Source: a bacterium (GTDB lineage Bacteria > RBG-13-61-14 > DATKZS01). Taken from it: a stretch of 25,927 bases of DNA. The stretch lies in the NCBI GenBank assembly GCA_046484135.1, contig JAWOBU010000187.1, positions 1 to 25,927 of the forward strand, in the 5' to 3' direction. Positions 7,855-16,394 of the stretch are shown piece after piece. Made by a program: the position numbers and the translations under genes. Below the pieces are notes generated by a model. It was not told where the DNA came from. It worked only from the letters and a program-made list of their open reading frames with translations, and did no database searches. Each line of letters starts with the position of its first letter. Position 1 is the first letter of the stretch.

Positions 7855-9606
7855 TTATAGGATGTCCTCCTGGGTTACCCGGACGATCTCGCTCAGGGAG
7901 GTGTCTCCGCTCAGGACCTTGCGGGCGGCGTCCTCCCGCAGGGTGAGCATCCCTTTTTCGCGGGCCTTCCGTTTTATGGTATTGGAGTCGGTGTTCTGGT
8001 TTATCAACTCCCGCATGTCGTCGTCCACCACCAGCATCTCGTAGATGGCGCTCCTTCCCACAAATCCGGTGTTGAGGCATTCCGGGCATCCGTTGGGCCG
8101 ATAGAAGGTGTATTGACTTTTCTCTTTCAATCCGGACGCGAGCAGCGATTTTTCGTCGGGGTCATCCGGGAGCTTGCATTCTTTGCAGAGCACTCTTACC
8201 AGTCGCTGTGCAATGGCCGCCAGCATGGATGACGAGATGAGAAAAGGCTCTACTCCCATCTCGACCAGCCTGGTGATTGCGCTGGGTGCGTCGTTGGTAT
8301 GGAGGGTGGAAAAGACCAGGTGTCCGGTGAGGGACGCCTGCACCGCAATCTCGGCTGTTTCCGCGTCCCTGATCTCCCCAACCAGTATAACGTCCGGGTC
8401 CTGCCTGACAATGGACCGGAGTCCGTTGGCAAAGGTGAGATTGATCTTGGGGTTTACGTGTATCTGGCTTATTCCCTGTATCTGGTACTCGACCGGGTCC
8501 TCGATGGTTACGATGTTCTTCTCCGGGGTGTTGATCTTGTTCAAAGCGGCGTACAGGGAGGTGGTCTTTCCGGAGCCGGTGGGCCCGGTAACCAGTATGA
8601 TTCCGTGGGTGCGGTGGATCATGTCGTTGAATCTGCTGTACTGGGCGGGGTCGAACCCGAGCTCCTCCACTGACAGGAGTATGTTCTCCCGGTCGAGAAG
8701 CCTCATCACGATCCTCTCCCCGTGCGAGGTGGGCAGGGTGGAAAGCCTGATGTCTATGTCCTTTCCCGCGATCTTGATGCGGATTCTTCCGTCCTGGGGA
8801 AGCCTTTTCTCCGCTATGTTGAGCCCTCCCATGATCTTGACGCGTGAGGTTATGGAGCTCTGGAACCTTTTGGGGGGCCGGAGTATTTCGTAGAGCACTC
8901 CGTCTATCCTGAACCTGACCAAGAGGTCCTTTTCAAACGGCTCTATGTGGATGTCGGAGGCCCTTTCTTTTACCGCCTGGAACAGCAGTGAGTTCACCAG
9001 CCGGATTATAGGGGCCTCGTCGTTCACGTCCAGGAGGTCTTCGGGTTCTTCCAGCTCCTGGGCCAGGATGTCCAGGTTTTCCGTCTCCAGGTCGCCCATC
9101 ACCCCCTGGGCGGTAACCGAGGCCCGGTCATACACGTTGTTGATGGCCTGGATGACCTTGTTCTCGGATGCCATCACTATTTCGACCTCGGTTTCTAAAA
9201 CCTTCTTCAGGTCTTCTATGGCAAAGAGGTTTAAGGGGTCCGAGGTCGCCACCACCACTGCGCCGTTCTTTTTTTCCAGCGGCACCATGGCGTTCTGCTT
9301 GGCGAACTGGATGGGTATGTCTTTTACAAGCTGTGGGTCTATCTCCATTCCGGCGAGCTGTTTTACATACTTTAATCCCAGTTGTTCGGACAGGGCGTTG
9401 TAAAGCTGGTCTTCATTTATCGCCTCCATCTGGATGAGCGCCTCTCCCAGCTTCCCCCCTTTTTCCTGCTTCCGGGACAGCGCGTTCGTCAACTGCTCCT
9501 CAGTGATGTGGCCCTTTTGCAGGAGTATCTCTCCCAGGTACATGTTCCCGGCGGAGCGGGTGCGGCTTTCTTCTCCGGTTTCTTTGGCGGTCAAGACGGT
9601 ACTCAT
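7855..9606 (-). CDS. gspE: Type II secretion ATPase GspE with an N-terminal MshEN-like domain
   Basis: ASDIHIEP, RLPQDGRI, Walker A GPTGSGKTT, TIEDPVEY, RQDPDVILVGEIRD, His box TGHLVFSTLHTN, and CxxC...CxxC. Confidence 0.96.
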   Translation of the reverse strand: MSTVLTAKETGEESRTRSAGNMYLGEILLQKGHITEEQLTNALSRKQEKGGKLGEALIQMEAINEDQLYNALSEQLGLKYVKQLAGMEIDPQLVKDIPIQFAKQNAMVPLEKKNGAVVVATSDPLNLFAIEDLKKVLETEVEIVMASENKVIQAINNVYDRASVTAQGVMGDLETENLDILAQELEEPEDLLDVNDEAPIIRLVNSLLFQAVKERASDIHIEPFEKDLLVRFRIDGVLYEILRPPKRFQSSITSRVKIMGGLNIAEKRLPQDGRIRIKIAGKDIDIRLSTLPTSHGERIVMRLLDRENILLSVEELGFDPAQYSRFNDMIHRTHGIILVTGPTGSGKTTSLYAALNKINTPEKNIVTIEDPVEYQIQGISQIHVNPKINLTFANGLRSIVRQDPDVILVGEIRDAETAEIAVQASLTGHLVFSTLHTNDAPSAITRLVEMGVEPFLISSSMLAAIAQRLVRVLCKECKLPDDPDEKSLLASGLKEKSQYTFYRPNGCPECLNTGFVGRSAIYEMLVVDDDMRELINQNTDSNTIKRKAREKGMLTLREDAARKVLSGDTSLSEIVRVTQEDIL

Positions 9607-11963
9607 GGTGATTTTTCCTCTGTGCCGGACGAGGGGGGAGCGGTCTGGGTGGAGCCGCTTTCCGTTTCCGGTCTCGTCCAGTTCCAGTTCGAGTTCGAGT
9701 TCGAGTTGCCGGGCGGAGGAGAAGAGGCTTTTTCCTCTTCTCCTATGTATTCATCCAGATAGGAGGGGACCTCGATAAGCTCCTCCTCCATCATCCCCTG
9801 GTAGTTCTGTTCTATCTTTTTGCGGACCTTGTCAATGTCGTCCCTGGATTTAACTATATGGGGCGTGAGCAAGATGATGAGGTTACTTTTTCTCTCGGAC
9901 ATATTGGCTCTCTTGAAGAGCCATCCCACCACCGGGATGTTGCCGAGGAACGGGACCCGGCTTTCTCCCTCTTCTTTCCGGTCTTCCATCAGGCCGCCGA
10001 TGACGATGGTCTGGGAGTCCTCGACTATGACGGTGGTCTCCGCGGTTTTGATGGAGGTGGTGACCCCGAGGGTGTTCACGTCAATGCCCAGCGGAGACTG
10101 GACGGCGCCGGATATCTCGACGTAGATGGACAGTTTTACGTTGTTGCTCTCGTTTATCTGGGGGGTCATCTCCAGCTTGATCCCTACCGATTCCCTGGAG
10201 ATGCTTACGTTGGAGAACCCCCCTTGGGACACGGTCTGACCGGTGGGCACGGGAATCTTCTTTCCCACTTCTATGGAAGCCTGTTCATTGTCCGTGGTCA
10301 GGAGGGTAGGGGTGGAGAGCACGTTCACGGTGGATGTGGAAGCCAAAAGCTTCACCACCATTCCCGCGGAAGGGACCGACACTGCCACGTCTCCGCCCGC
10401 GGTTTCCATTTCCACCGGCTGTCCCAGGGCCCCCACGGTTATTCCGTTGGGAAGGGCCAGGCTGCCCCCGGAAGAGGAAATGGAAGACAAAAGGGACAGG
10501 GAGTTTACGTCCCCGAAGCCGGTGCCGGCGAGCAGCATCCCTTCATCCTCGAGCGGCGATGCTCCATGGATGGTGGTGCCCGCCTCTTTGGACTCGTTGT
10601 AGGAGACCTCGAGGAGCACGGCCTCTACGAACACCTGCCGCCGCGGTATGTCCAGCTTGTCTATAACGTTAGAAAGAATGGAGTAATCCTGCGGCGTTGC
10701 CACTATAATAAGGGAGTTGGTGGCCTCGTCCGAGGAGATGGAAATCTCGCCTTTGAGTATCCCGCTGACGACAGCGGCGGTGGAAGACTTGACCTGCCCC
10801 CCGCCCGACCGGGGGGACGAACGCTGTGGTCTTGCGGCTTCCCGGCGACTGGCCTCGGCAGAAGGAGAACGCTGATCGGAAGTGCCGCCTCTCTGAGAGG
10901 AAGGGACATTTGTTCCTCCTCCGCCTCCCACGATTCCGGAAAGAGTGGAGGCGAGCTCGGAAGCCTCCGAGTTCTGGCAGTAATAAACGTGGATGGTTTG
11001 AGTGGTCCCTACGTCAATGTCCAGCTTGGCTATGGTCTCCTTGATCTCTTCCAGAGTGTTCCGGTCGGTAATAATCACCAGGCTGTTGATCCTCTCGACC
11101 GGTATTATCTTCAGCTTCACCGCGGCCTGCCCACCCGTTACGACCTCGGCGGAGGGGGACTTCTGCTGTTGCTGACGGCTCGGCCTGCGCCTGCGCGGCT
11201 GCCGCTGCCGGGTGGTGGCTGTCCTCTGGGCCTTGCCATCCGAAGAGTCCTCGTAGATTTTTTCCAGGATGCCGGCTATCTCGCCTGCTTCCGCGTAATC
11301 GAGTCCCACAATCTCCATCTCCGCCTGCTGGGAGGGCACGTCCAGAAGGTCAATTATCTTCAGCATCCTCTCGATGTTGTAAGAGGTGTCCACTATTATA
11401 AGGGTGTTGGTGGGCTCGTAAGCCATGACCTGTCCGCCGGCCTTGGAGGCCAGCTTGCTCATTTGCTGGGCTATCTGGTCGGCCGCCACGTAGTCCAGGT
11501 TTATAAACCGCATCACCATCTGCTCGTTGATGTTCTCGGGTGCTTCTCCGGGGCCGTAGATGGGGATGTTCTCCGGCATGGCATCCGCCGATCTTATCAC
11601 CTTGTACACGTTGGACACCGAGGTCTCCACTACCTGGTAGCCGCTTATGTTTAAGATCAGCACAAAAAAATCTAACGCTTCTTCCTTGGGAATCTCGATG
11701 GGACCGATGGGACCGATGGTATACACCTTGCCTTTGGGGACCTCCTCCAGTACGAAGCTTCTGTCCGTTACTTCGCTGAAGTTCTTCAGCACCGTTTCCA
11801 GGTCCATCTCCGGAAAGCTGATGTGGACTTTGTCTCCCCGGACTTCGATAGGGTCCTCCTCTGACTCCGACGTCGTCTGGGCATACACCTCCAACCCGGT
11901 CTGGAACCCGCCGACCGCGACCATCAACCCAAATAAAAGAAACCACCGTGCCTTATTTCTCAA
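9603..11963 (-). CDS. gspD: Type II secretion secretin GspD
   Basis: Signal peptide; repeated N-domains (TNTLII, INSLVI, TNSLII); secretin core LDIPRRQVFVEA, VGIKLEMTPQIN, GGL...VPFLGNIPVVGWLF and LIILLTPHIV. Confidence 0.95.
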   Translation of the reverse strand: MRNKARWFLLFGLMVAVGGFQTGLEVYAQTTSESEEDPIEVRGDKVHISFPEMDLETVLKNFSEVTDRSFVLEEVPKGKVYTIGPIGPIEIPKEEALDFFVLILNISGYQVVETSVSNVYKVIRSADAMPENIPIYGPGEAPENINEQMVMRFINLDYVAADQIAQQMSKLASKAGGQVMAYEPTNTLIIVDTSYNIERMLKIIDLLDVPSQQAEMEIVGLDYAEAGEIAGILEKIYEDSSDGKAQRTATTRQRQPRRRRPSRQQQQKSPSAEVVTGGQAAVKLKIIPVERINSLVIITDRNTLEEIKETIAKLDIDVGTTQTIHVYYCQNSEASELASTLSGIVGGGGGTNVPSSQRGGTSDQRSPSAEASRREAARPQRSSPRSGGGQVKSSTAAVVSGILKGEISISSDEATNSLIIVATPQDYSILSNVIDKLDIPRRQVFVEAVLLEVSYNESKEAGTTIHGASPLEDEGMLLAGTGFGDVNSLSLLSSISSSGGSLALPNGITVGALGQPVEMETAGGDVAVSVPSAGMVVKLLASTSTVNVLSTPTLLTTDNEQASIEVGKKIPVPTGQTVSQGGFSNVSISRESVGIKLEMTPQINESNNVKLSIYVEISGAVQSPLGIDVNTLGVTTSIKTAETTVIVEDSQTIVIGGLMEDRKEEGESRVPFLGNIPVVGWLFKRANMSERKSNLIILLTPHIVKSRDDIDKVRKKIEQNYQGMMEEELIEVPSYLDEYIGEEEKASSPPPGNSNSNSNWNWTRPETESGSTQTAPPSSGTEEKSP

Positions 11964-12021
11964 TTTTTTACTCCCTTGTGCCGGATTATGATATCTTTTC
12001 GAAGCGCAAACGCCAAGTCCG

Positions 12022-12987
12022 TCAGTCTTCCACCTCGTATTGGAACTTCTGCTCCTTTCTTCTTCTTTCGATGTTCATCGAGAACTCGTCCTGGCTTCGG
12101 AGGGTCTGGAGCATGTTCAAGGCGGTGTCCAGGTTGTCAAGATACTGGCCGTTTATGGACTTGATGATGTCGCCGTTCTGGAGACCGAGCTTGTCGAATA
12201 CGCTCTTCGGCCGGATGCGGTAGATGCGGAAACCGTCAATCACGGTTTTGCCGTCCACACGTTTTCGGTTGGGAATGGTCCGAGCCTGAGTAAGGATGTC
12301 GGAGAGGTTCTCCGGAGCCAGCGCGTCCTTGATGGCGTCCCGCTTCAGGCGATACTCGCCCGGAGCCACTTCCTCGATCCCTTCGGTGATGTTATTGCGG
12401 CCGCCCCGTTTGTTGCCCCGTCCTTTATCCGGCCGGGCCTTGTGGACCTGGCGGGGACGGTTGGAAGCCACGCTCCCGGATTTCTTTTTCGGAAAACGCA
12501 GCTCTTCCAGCTCTCCATCGCGAATAATGAGCACCCGGTCCCTTTCTATCCTCTTCACCTTGGCGTTCTCCGTAATGGCGCTGTCTTTACGATAAAGGTT
12601 TATCTCCTGCTCGGTCAGGTTTTTGATGGTGGCGAAGTTCCGGGGATGATCATCTCCTTCGTAAACCACCCCTATGAGTTCCAGCCGCAAAGGGGTCTCT
12701 TCTATCTCCGAGGTGTCCCCGGCAGCCACCTCCGGGGTCTCGGTTTCTTCTTCCACCACTGCGCCGAAAAGGTTCCGGGAGAGAATTTCATCTGTGGCGG
12801 GATTGTAACCGGCACTCTCTACGGCAAGCTCTTCCACCTCCACCGTCACGGATTCCGTCGCGCCCACCAGCCGGTGCATGAGGTAAGTGTTGCCCACGTC
12901 AGCCGCCACCAGGGCGATGAGAAAAATAAACACCAGGTTAAGAACAAAGGAGTACTTCAAGAAGTATGTACGGGGGTTCACCAACAT
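12022..12987 (-). CDS. gspC: Type II secretion protein GspC (TM + HR + PDZ)
   Basis: N-terminal TM, RNLF, ETPLRLELIGVV HR domain, and C-terminal PDZ (GFRIYRIRPKSVFDKLGLQNGDIIKSING); first gene of the operon. Confidence 0.9.
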   Translation of the reverse strand: MLVNPRTYFLKYSFVLNLVFIFLIALVAADVGNTYLMHRLVGATESVTVEVEELAVESAGYNPATDEILSRNLFGAVVEEETETPEVAAGDTSEIEETPLRLELIGVVYEGDDHPRNFATIKNLTEQEINLYRKDSAITENAKVKRIERDRVLIIRDGELEELRFPKKKSGSVASNRPRQVHKARPDKGRGNKRGGRNNITEGIEEVAPGEYRLKRDAIKDALAPENLSDILTQARTIPNRKRVDGKTVIDGFRIYRIRPKSVFDKLGLQNGDIIKSINGQYLDNLDTALNMLQTLRSQDEFSMNIERRRKEQKFQYEVED

Positions 12988-13206
12988 ATCCTCCTTACCC
13001 TTATTTTAACCAACTTGACCTCCAATTCCAAAGACCTCCGAGAGGGAAAAACAGAACGCTCACCACCAAACCTGAAACAATCCTTTAATCCGCGGAACTT
13101 TGAGGGTATGATACCTGATACTTCGATACCGTAACAACCCCGATTGTTCCTTGGGAGCTTGTCGGGCATTATCGGTAGGCCCCCACATAAACTCGCGTGG
13201 ATTCAC

Positions 13207-13229
13207 TCGCGACTTTAACTCCCTCGCAC
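13207..13229 (-). repeat. Degenerate REP-like copy (GTGCGAGGGAGTTAAAGTCGCGA)
   Basis: Same GTGCGAG...TCGCGA ends as the 22-mer family, with an eroded stem. Confidence 0.55.
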
Positions 13230-13303
13230 ATTCATCGTAGTGTTAATGATGCGGATCAAAAGCCGCTTCGGGGGCGGAGCGAAAGAAGAAAAGGACCGTA
13301 ACA

Positions 13304-13960
13304 ATGAAATCAGAAGCAGTAAAAGCCTTTATCTTTGACCTGGACTATACCCTTATAGACTCGAGCGAGGGCATCGTCTATTGTTTCAACCGGGCGCGCA
13401 AGAGGGCAGGGGAGCCGGAAGTGCCGGCGGACAGGATCAAAGCAAGGATCGGCATTCCCATTGAAAAGACCTTCGAGCTTTACGGCAGCAAAGACCCGCT
13501 TGCCATGCGGGACGAGTTCCGGAGGCTCTCGCGGGAGGGGGCCATGGCGGACCGGAGCTTTCTTCTGCCCGGCGTCCGGGACACGATCCCCGCTCTCGCC
13601 ACACGCGGTTTCCGCTTGGCGGTGGCGAGCACCAAGTCGCACGCCGAGATAAAAACCATCCTCGAGAAGCTGGAACTCTCCCCTTATTTCGAACAGACAG
13701 CGGGATCGGACGAGGTGGAGAGCGCCAAGCCGGCGCCCGACTCCCTGGTTCTTCTCCTGGAAAGGATGCGGCTCGAGCCCGAGCAGGCAGTGTACGTGGG
13801 AGACCACGTGGTGGATATAAAGGCGGCCCGAGCCGCAGGCATGCCCGTCATAGCAGTAAGGGGCGGACCCGTAACCGAACAAGAGCTTACAAAAGAAGAC
13901 CCGGACTCGATACTGGACAACGTCTCCGGAATACTTGAGCTGCTCGCAAAGATACGATGA
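13304..13960 (+). CDS. HAD-superfamily hydrolase (phosphoglycolate phosphatase/PpaX-like)
   Basis: Motif I FDLDYTLIDS, motif II ASTK, motif III KPAPD, motif IV YVGDHVVDIKAARAAG; AAGGA RBS. Confidence 0.92.
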   Translation: MKSEAVKAFIFDLDYTLIDSSEGIVYCFNRARKRAGEPEVPADRIKARIGIPIEKTFELYGSKDPLAMRDEFRRLSREGAMADRSFLLPGVRDTIPALATRGFRLAVASTKSHAEIKTILEKLELSPYFEQTAGSDEVESAKPAPDSLVLLLERMRLEPEQAVYVGDHVVDIKAARAAGMPVIAVRGGPVTEQELTKEDPDSILDNVSGILELLAKIR

Positions 13961-14012
13961 TCGAGTGGAAGCAAAAGCCATGCTACGGGATAAACTGACA
14001 GGGGGACATATA

Positions 14013-14034
14013 TCGCGACTCCCGTCGCTAGCAC
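14013..14034 (-). repeat. REP-like palindrome (GTGCTAGCGACGGGAGTCGCGA)
   Basis: Keeps the GCGAC/GTCGC stem and the ends of the family, with a different loop. Confidence 0.7.
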
Positions 14035-14060
14035 TTATCCGGCTTATTGTGAGCAGGTGT

Positions 14061-14089
14061 TTGCGCAATGAAAACACGGCCGTTATAAT
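14061..14089 (+). promoter_or_regulatory. Putative sigma70 promoter of the NSS-ankyrin gene
   Basis: TTGCGC-17 nt-TATAAT, ending about 54 nt before the start codon. Confidence 0.55.
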
Positions 14090-14142
14090 TTAGAAACTTA
14101 AGTTTTTCGGGATTGATAAGCTGAGGGTTATCGCCGGGGTTT

Positions 14143-16164
14143 ATGATGCCTGATAAAGATATGAACGAGACCGACGTAAAAACGCGGGGGCTCTGGTCCA
14201 ACCGTTTCATGTTCATCCTTGCGGCTGCGGGCTCTGCCATCGGCCTGGGCAACATCTGGCGTTTTCCCTACCTGGTGGGCAAGTACGGGGGCGGGGCGTT
14301 CGTGCTGGTGTATCTTTTTTTCATTCTCATCATCGGTCTTCCCATCCTGGTCTCGGAGATCATGATCGGCAGGCAGTCGCGCCGGAACCCGGTGGGAGCG
14401 TTCAAGCGACTGGCTGATAAAAACCCGTTCTGGATGGCGGTCGGCTTCCTTGGGGTGGCTTCGGGTTTCGTGATCCTGTCTTACTACTCGGTAGTGGCGG
14501 GCTGGACCGTGGACTACTTTGTGCGGAGCGTGTCCGGCGATTACTTGAACGCGGACCTCGAAACCATCAATAACCTTTTCAACAGCGTGGTAACCGACGG
14601 GATCGAGCCGCTGGTGTGGCACACCGTTTTTATGGCCGCTATCGTGTCTATTGTCATCTTCGGCGTCAAAGAGGGCCTGGAGCGGTGGATAGGCATCCTC
14701 ATGCCCCTTCTTTTCTTGCTTCTTATCGCCCTGGTCATTTACGGGCTTTTTCAGGGGGACGCTGCCGGGGGCTTGGGCTATCTTTTCGTCCCGGACTGGA
14801 GTTCGCTTTACACCAACGAGGCGGGCGAGTACACGGCCATCCCTGTACTGGAGGCTTTGGGCCAGGCTTTCTTTACCCTGAGCCTGGGCATGGGCGCCAT
14901 GATTACTTACGGGTCCTATCTGGGAGACGACGAGAGCCTGTCCTCCTCCGCAGTCATGGTGGCCGGACTCGATACCCTGATCGCCATCCTGGCCGGGATC
15001 GCCATTTACACCATCCTTTTCCAGTACAACCTGGACCCGGCGCAGGGTCCCGGGCTCGTGTTCAAAGTTCTTCCCCTGGCTTTCTCACAGATGCCGGGCG
15101 GACAATACATAGGAACAGCTTTCTTTCTCCTGCTCTCCTTTGCCGCGCTGACCTCCGGGATCAGTCTGCTGGAAGTGGTGGTGGCCTATTTTATTGACGA
15201 CAGGAAATGGAAGAGGACCAGAGCCACCCTGATCATGGGCGCAATTATATGGGGCCTGGGCGTGTTCTCCGCGCTCTCGTACAGCAAGTTGAGCGGGGTT
15301 ACGCTTATAAAGAACATGGAAGGGCAGGGCATGCCGGTCCTGGACTCGATTGACCGGATAGCCAACAACTACATGCTGCCGTTGGGCGGGCTTTTTATCG
15401 CACTGTTCGGCGGCTGGTTCATGAAACGGGAGAGCGTGCGGCACCAGCTTATCGAAGGAGGCGGCACCCGCATCTTCTACGGGTTCTGGAAAAAGGTGAT
15501 CCGGTATGTAACTCCGGTAGCGGTGGCGCTGCTCCTGGCGGTTACCGTGCACGATCACTTCACCACCTCCACCGGCGTCAAGATATGCGACCGCGCCAGG
15601 GGAGGGGACCTGCCGGCAGTAAAGAAGCTGGTGGAAAAAGACAAAGATCGGGTCAAAGCCGCGACCGAGCAGGGCTGGACAGCTCTGCATTTCTCCTCCC
15701 GCTACGGGCATGACGAAGTGGCCGAGTACCTGATCGAAAAGGGAGCGCCGGTTGACGCCCGGTCCGCGGAAGGAGCCACACCGCTTTTGCTGGCGGCCAA
15801 GGGAGCTCACGCTAAAATAATCGAGGTGCTCTTGGAGGCAGGGGCCTCGCCGGAAATAGCGGACGAGAAAGGGAGAACGCCGCTCCACATGGCCGCGGCA
15901 CAGGGGGACGAAAAATCCGCGGTCCTGCTCCTCCAGAACGGAGCTTCTGTAAACGAAAGGGACAAAAAAGGGGAGACACCTCTTCATTACGCCGCCCGGC
16001 ACGGATACAAGACGGTTACAAAGCTCCTCTTAAAGCACGGCGCCGACGTCGGCGCTGAGAACCAGAAAGGATTTACTCCCCTGGAGCTGCCGGGAATCAA
16101 GCCCCACCGAAAGGTCCGGGCCATACTGGAAGCCGCGACCGATTCAAGCAAGAAGGTGGACTGA
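14143..16164 (+). CDS. Sodium-dependent transporter (neurotransmitter:sodium symporter, NSS/SLC6 family) fused to C-terminal ankyrin repeats
   Basis: NSS signature GSAIGLGNIWRFPY...GGGAF, plus YYSVVAGW, QAFFTLSLGMG.MITYGSY, GPGLVF and AALTSGISLLE. From about 15580 onward there are ankyrin repeats (GWTALHFS, GATPLLLAA, GRTPLHMAA, GETPLHYAA, GFTPL). Confidence 0.93.
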   Translation: MMPDKDMNETDVKTRGLWSNRFMFILAAAGSAIGLGNIWRFPYLVGKYGGGAFVLVYLFFILIIGLPILVSEIMIGRQSRRNPVGAFKRLADKNPFWMAVGFLGVASGFVILSYYSVVAGWTVDYFVRSVSGDYLNADLETINNLFNSVVTDGIEPLVWHTVFMAAIVSIVIFGVKEGLERWIGILMPLLFLLLIALVIYGLFQGDAAGGLGYLFVPDWSSLYTNEAGEYTAIPVLEALGQAFFTLSLGMGAMITYGSYLGDDESLSSSAVMVAGLDTLIAILAGIAIYTILFQYNLDPAQGPGLVFKVLPLAFSQMPGGQYIGTAFFLLLSFAALTSGISLLEVVVAYFIDDRKWKRTRATLIMGAIIWGLGVFSALSYSKLSGVTLIKNMEGQGMPVLDSIDRIANNYMLPLGGLFIALFGGWFMKRESVRHQLIEGGGTRIFYGFWKKVIRYVTPVAVALLLAVTVHDHFTTSTGVKICDRARGGDLPAVKKLVEKDKDRVKAATEQGWTALHFSSRYGHDEVAEYLIEKGAPVDARSAEGATPLLLAAKGAHAKIIEVLLEAGASPEIADEKGRTPLHMAAAQGDEKSAVLLLQNGASVNERDKKGETPLHYAARHGYKTVTKLLLKHGADVGAENQKGFTPLELPGIKPHRKVRAILEAATDSSKKVD

Positions 16165-16249
16165 GACCCGTTTCTCTACTATCATGAGAAAGAGGTCTGG
16201 AGTTGTTTAGTTCGAACAAATTTTATGGTGGTGAGAGTAAGCTTTGAAG

Positions 16250-16327
16250 GTGGGAGCGAGCTCCCTGTCTGCCGTGTCCGGCACAGGCAGGAGCTCGCGA
16301 TCATCGAGACCTGGAGGTCTCTCCCAC
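16250..16327. repeat. Inverted REP pair (BIME/REPIN-like) with a small hairpin inserted in the left copy
   Basis: GTGGGAGCGAGCTCC...AGCTCGCGA faces the reverse copy GTGGGAGAGACCTCCAGGTCTCGA (16304-16327); CCTGTCTGCC...CAGGCAGG lies at 16264-16291. Confidence 0.75.
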
Positions 16328-16394
16328 CTTTACTCCGGCCTTTTTACAAGAGGCTCTGAGTAATATAACTTTCAAAAAAGGAGGATTTCTCTCC

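Noticed and set aside
9858..11654. 598-aa plus-strand ORF
   Set aside because: Antisense shadow of gspD, expected from GC-rich codon bias; no motifs.
13961..14142. Riboswitch or T-box upstream of the NSS transporter
   Set aside because: No recognisable conserved motif, and the putative promoter leaves a leader of only about 50 nt; an Rfam scan would settle it.
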